From Tubiluchus corallicola (taxonomy: Eukaryota > Animalia > Priapulida): 64,000 bases of DNA. The notes below the pieces were generated by a model. The model had not been told where the DNA came from. It saw nothing but the letters and a program-made list of their open reading frames with translations, and ran no database searches. Where the stretch lies: NCBI GenBank assembly GCA_030141605.1, contig JAQGDQ010000901.1, positions 18,128-82,127 of the forward strand, given 5' to 3'. Below are positions 60,692 to 64,000 of the stretch, in pieces. The first letter of the stretch is position 1; each line of letters begins with the position of its first letter. Position numbers and translations under genes: made by a program.

Positions 60692-63600
60692 ATGGTTAGC
60701 TTTAATTGTACTAAGTGTAATAAAACTTGCAAAGCAAATCAAAACTCAATTCAATGTGATGTGTGTTCCCTCTGGACACATCTAAAGTGTACAATGTTGT
60801 CTCATCATGAATTTGTAAATTTAGCAAATTCTAATGACAGTTACTTCTGCCAGCAATGCATTAATGATGTGCTTCCTTTGCAGTTCATTGATGATGATGA
60901 ATTTATGGAAATGACTAATCACTATCAATTTTCTAATTTTGTAAAAGATTTATCTTGCTTTTCATCAATTTATGACTCTTCTTCGCTAGTCCACTGTAAT
61001 AGAGATGATACAGACATCGACAATTATAGACTTCAGTATAACAGCAAATACATTAATCTTGCAAATCTGAGTAGTGATAAATCCACAGATAAAGCAAACA
61101 ATGACACATTTATAATACACTTTAACACATCAAGTTTGAGGAAATACTATTCAGACATGACTGATACATTAACACAATTTCAAAAAATGCCTGAGTTAAT
61201 AGCGATCTCGGAAACCAGAATTCACGAATCTGACACTTTTTTATGTAACATTCCAGGATATTCTTTCTTACACTATGATTCCAATACAGCTGCTGGTGGC
61301 GTAGGTGTGTATGTAAAATCTAGTCTCAATTTTAAAATTAAACCTGAATACAAAATAAGAACTTGTAAAAATGTTATTGTTAATGGGATTAGTACAACTA
61401 GTAGACTAGCACTTGAGGACCTGTGGCTCGAAATTGCTTCCACCGATAACAAAAAATCTTTCATATTTGGAGTAATATATAGGCATCCAAACACCCCAGT
61501 CGAACATTTTCATGACGAATTAGAATCAGTTCTTTGCACTATCAACTCCACAGGCAAACCAGCTTATATATGTGGAGACATTAATATAGATTTATATCAA
61601 CATGATAACAAGCCATTTATTAACAAGTATCTCAACATGCTCTTCTCAAATCAATTTACACCAATTATCACGCGACCAACTAGAATTACTCCAACGTCAC
61701 ACACCTTAATTGATCATATTTATACTAATAATCTTTCTACACCCATCACATCTGGCATCATTACTAACCCCATTGCGGACCACTTGCCAATATTTGCCAT
61801 TATAAGAAATACTAATCTCCTGCACAACAAGATTAAAAAATCAGTCAGATGTACGAGATCATTCAATCAAGGTAACTTTTTAAGCGAGCTTCAAGTTAAT
61901 ATAAGTAACCTAACACTGAATGATGGCGAAGCAGACATACACTCTTACTGCTCACAATTCATGGACTCGTTTAAAACATTACTTGATAAACATGCCCCAC
62001 TCAAAACGTTATCAAGGAAAAACTCAAAAACTATAGCTAAACCATGGATCACTCCCGGCATTCTTAATTCTATTAAAACAAGAAGCCGTATGTATACAAC
62101 ACACAAGTTATCCAACTCGCTGTATAAGCAAAATTTATATAAAACATATTCTAACAAACTTAATCACATCAAACATGCATCCAAAAAGAAGTATTACTCC
62201 CAGATCTTGGTTGCAAACAAAAATAACATGAAACAAACTTGGAGCACTATCAATGAACTTCTCAAAATTAAAAAAAGGACAGCTAGTATAATGCCAACTA
62301 AAGTTCGTTACCAAGGCACAACCTCGTGTGACCCGCACCATAAAGCTAATGCTTTTAACAGTTTTTTTGCAAACATTGGTATATCACTGGCATCACGCAT
62401 AACACAACCCGAAAACTGTAAGTATACAGACTATTTAATGCATCCCCAAGAAAATTCTTTCTATATCACACCAGTTAGCGAAATCGAGATTTCCCAAGCT
62501 ATTGATAGACTAGATCCCAATAAAGCAAAAGGCCCTTATGACATCCCAATTACATATTTTAAAATGTCTAAAAACATAATTTTAGCTCCGCTTACAAATC
62601 TGTTTAATGCGTCAATTCTGACTGGGACATTCCCCGACACTTTAAAACTGGCAAAAGTAATCCCCATATATAAAAAAGATGATCCAAATGAGCTGAACAA
62701 CTACCGACCTATCTCACTCATATCACCCATTGCCAAAATTTTTGAGTCAATTTTATATAAACGCCTGATGACATATTTAATCAAAAATGATACAATATCA
62801 TGTTTTCAATTCGGTTTCCGCAAAAATCATTCCACAATATTAGCAACTGCTGAAATCATAGACAATCTTCTGACAAACCTAGACAATAAATTACTTACCT
62901 GCGGCATTTTTCTTGATTTAACAAAAGCTTTTGACACCGTTCAACACGACATTTTACTCAACAAAATGGACTATTATGGTATCCGTGGAATCACGCAAAA
63001 ACTATTCCAGTCATATCTTACAAACAGACACCAGTTTACGGTTGTTGACAATTTTGCCTCTGACCGATGCTCAATTCAGTGTGGTGTACCTCAAGGATCC
63101 ACCTTGGGTCCACTTCTTTTCCTGATATATATAAATGACCTCCCTCTTTGTACTAACATGCAAACACGACTTTTTGCTGATGACACTAACCTCTTCTTAG
63201 CAGACAACGATACGCAAAATCTTGAGCTTAGAAGTAATGAAGAATTGATCAAAATTAACACATGGATGCGTACAAATAAGTTAACAGTAAACTATAATAA
63301 AACAAAATTTATGATCATAAGAAATAAATTTGAAAACAATGAAAACTCCATTATAACAGTATCCATGCAAGACTGTTTATTAGAACAAGTATCAGACATA
63401 AAATATCTGGGCGTCTACATAGATGACACCCTTAATTGGTCAACACACATAAAAAATATTACCTACAAAGTAAGCAAAGTTACAGGTATATTTATTAAAT
63501 TGAGGCATTACTTGAGCACGGATATACTAAAAATGATTTACTTTGCCATTGTGTACCCACACATTAACTATTGTATCTTATCGTGGGGCACAGCAAAAAA

Positions 63601-64000
63601 ATCTGTTTTGAAACCTCTTACATCAGCACATAACAAAATTATCAAAACAATGACTTTTGCTGGGTTCCGAGATCATGCTACCCCTTCCTATTATGCTTTG
63701 CAATTATTAAAAATTAATGAAATTTATAAGCTTGAGTTAGCGAAATTCATGTTCAAGTATAAAAAGTGCATTCTACCTAAATTATATGGCAATTATTTCA
63801 AAAAGATTAGTGACGTTCACCAGTATTCTACGAGAGCAGCTACCAAACAAAACTATTTTCAGGAAAGATTTAACACAACAAAAGGTCTACAAACTTTAAA
63901 ACATAATGGTACAATTCTATGGAATACTCTTTCAGATGATCTTAAGCAATCGACTAGTATCTATCAGTTAAGTAAATTATATAAATGTCAACTCTTGCAA
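60692..64000 (+). CDS. LINE ORF2 (PHD finger + APE endonuclease + reverse transcriptase), >1103 aa, runs off the window
   Basis: ATG at 60692. PHD-like CTKC...IQCDVCSLWTHLKC...YFCQQC. Endonuclease ISET, GGVG, IYRHP, GDINID, IDHI, ADH. RT NYRPIS, QFGFR, DLTKAFDTV, GVPQGSTLGP, FADD, KYLG. Its absence from the ORF track is consistent with no stop before 64000. Confidence 0.9.
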   Translation, partial: MVSFNCTKCNKTCKANQNSIQCDVCSLWTHLKCTMLSHHEFVNLANSNDSYFCQQCINDVLPLQFIDDDEFMEMTNHYQFSNFVKDLSCFSSIYDSSSLVHCNRDDTDIDNYRLQYNSKYINLANLSSDKSTDKANNDTFIIHFNTSSLRKYYSDMTDTLTQFQKMPELIAISETRIHESDTFLCNIPGYSFLHYDSNTAAGGVGVYVKSSLNFKIKPEYKIRTCKNVIVNGISTTSRLALEDLWLEIASTDNKKSFIFGVIYRHPNTPVEHFHDELESVLCTINSTGKPAYICGDINIDLYQHDNKPFINKYLNMLFSNQFTPIITRPTRITPTSHTLIDHIYTNNLSTPITSGIITNPIADHLPIFAIIRNTNLLHNKIKKSVRCTRSFNQGNFLSELQVNISNLTLNDGEADIHSYCSQFMDSFKTLLDKHAPLKTLSRKNSKTIAKPWITPGILNSIKTRSRMYTTHKLSNSLYKQNLYKTYSNKLNHIKHASKKKYYSQILVANKNNMKQTWSTINELLKIKKRTASIMPTKVRYQGTTSCDPHHKANAFNSFFANIGISLASRITQPENCKYTDYLMHPQENSFYITPVSEIEISQAIDRLDPNKAKGPYDIPITYFKMSKNIILAPLTNLFNASILTGTFPDTLKLAKVIPIYKKDDPNELNNYRPISLISPIAKIFESILYKRLMTYLIKNDTISCFQFGFRKNHSTILATAEIIDNLLTNLDNKLLTCGIFLDLTKAFDTVQHDILLNKMDYYGIRGITQKLFQSYLTNRHQFTVVDNFASDRCSIQCGVPQGSTLGPLLFLIYINDLPLCTNMQTRLFADDTNLFLADNDTQNLELRSNEELIKINTWMRTNKLTVNYNKTKFMIIRNKFENNENSIITVSMQDCLLEQVSDIKYLGVYIDDTLNWSTHIKNITYKVSKVTGIFIKLRHYLSTDILKMIYFAIVYPHINYCILSWGTAKKSVLKPLTSAHNKIIKTMTFAGFRDHATPSYYALQLLKINEIYKLELAKFMFKYKKCILPKLYGNYFKKISDVHQYSTRAATKQNYFQERFNTTKGLQTLKHNGTILWNTLSDDLKQSTSIYQLSKLYKCQLLQ

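Larger units (their letters stand above)
59490..64000 (+). mobile_element. Apparently intact CR1-group (Crack/CR1/L2-like) LINE, 3' end beyond the window
   Basis: CpG-containing 5' UTR from ~59490 (boundary approximate), then ORF1, a 37-nt spacer, and an open ORF2. Confidence 0.9.

Overview
AT-rich, repeat-rich genomic DNA from an invertebrate animal (spliceosomal introns; a Shark kinase, which vertebrates lack). I reconstructed six host genes by hand. Two are tail-to-tail RDH11/12/13-like SDR paralogues (8 and 7 coding exons). The others are Shark tyrosine kinase (2 coding exons), an intronless ASPH-like hydroxylase, CINP (4 coding exons) and an intronless RAD54L. The left edge holds the 3' part of a Gmr1-type Ty3/gypsy LTR retrotransposon (PR-INT-RT-RH order) with PPT and 3' LTR. 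The right edge holds an apparently intact two-ORF CR1-group LINE. The most notable non-coding structures are (i) three nested Helitron-like elements inserted into their own family's 5' end, forming a ~1.7 kb palindrome between two divergent genes; (ii) a ~30-bp motif shared upstream of those two genes; and (iii) a Penelope-like inverted repeat with hammerhead-ribozyme-like cores. Both SDR paralogues have Cys at the usual catalytic Ser position. All calls come from reading the sequence and recalled family motifs; no searches were run.
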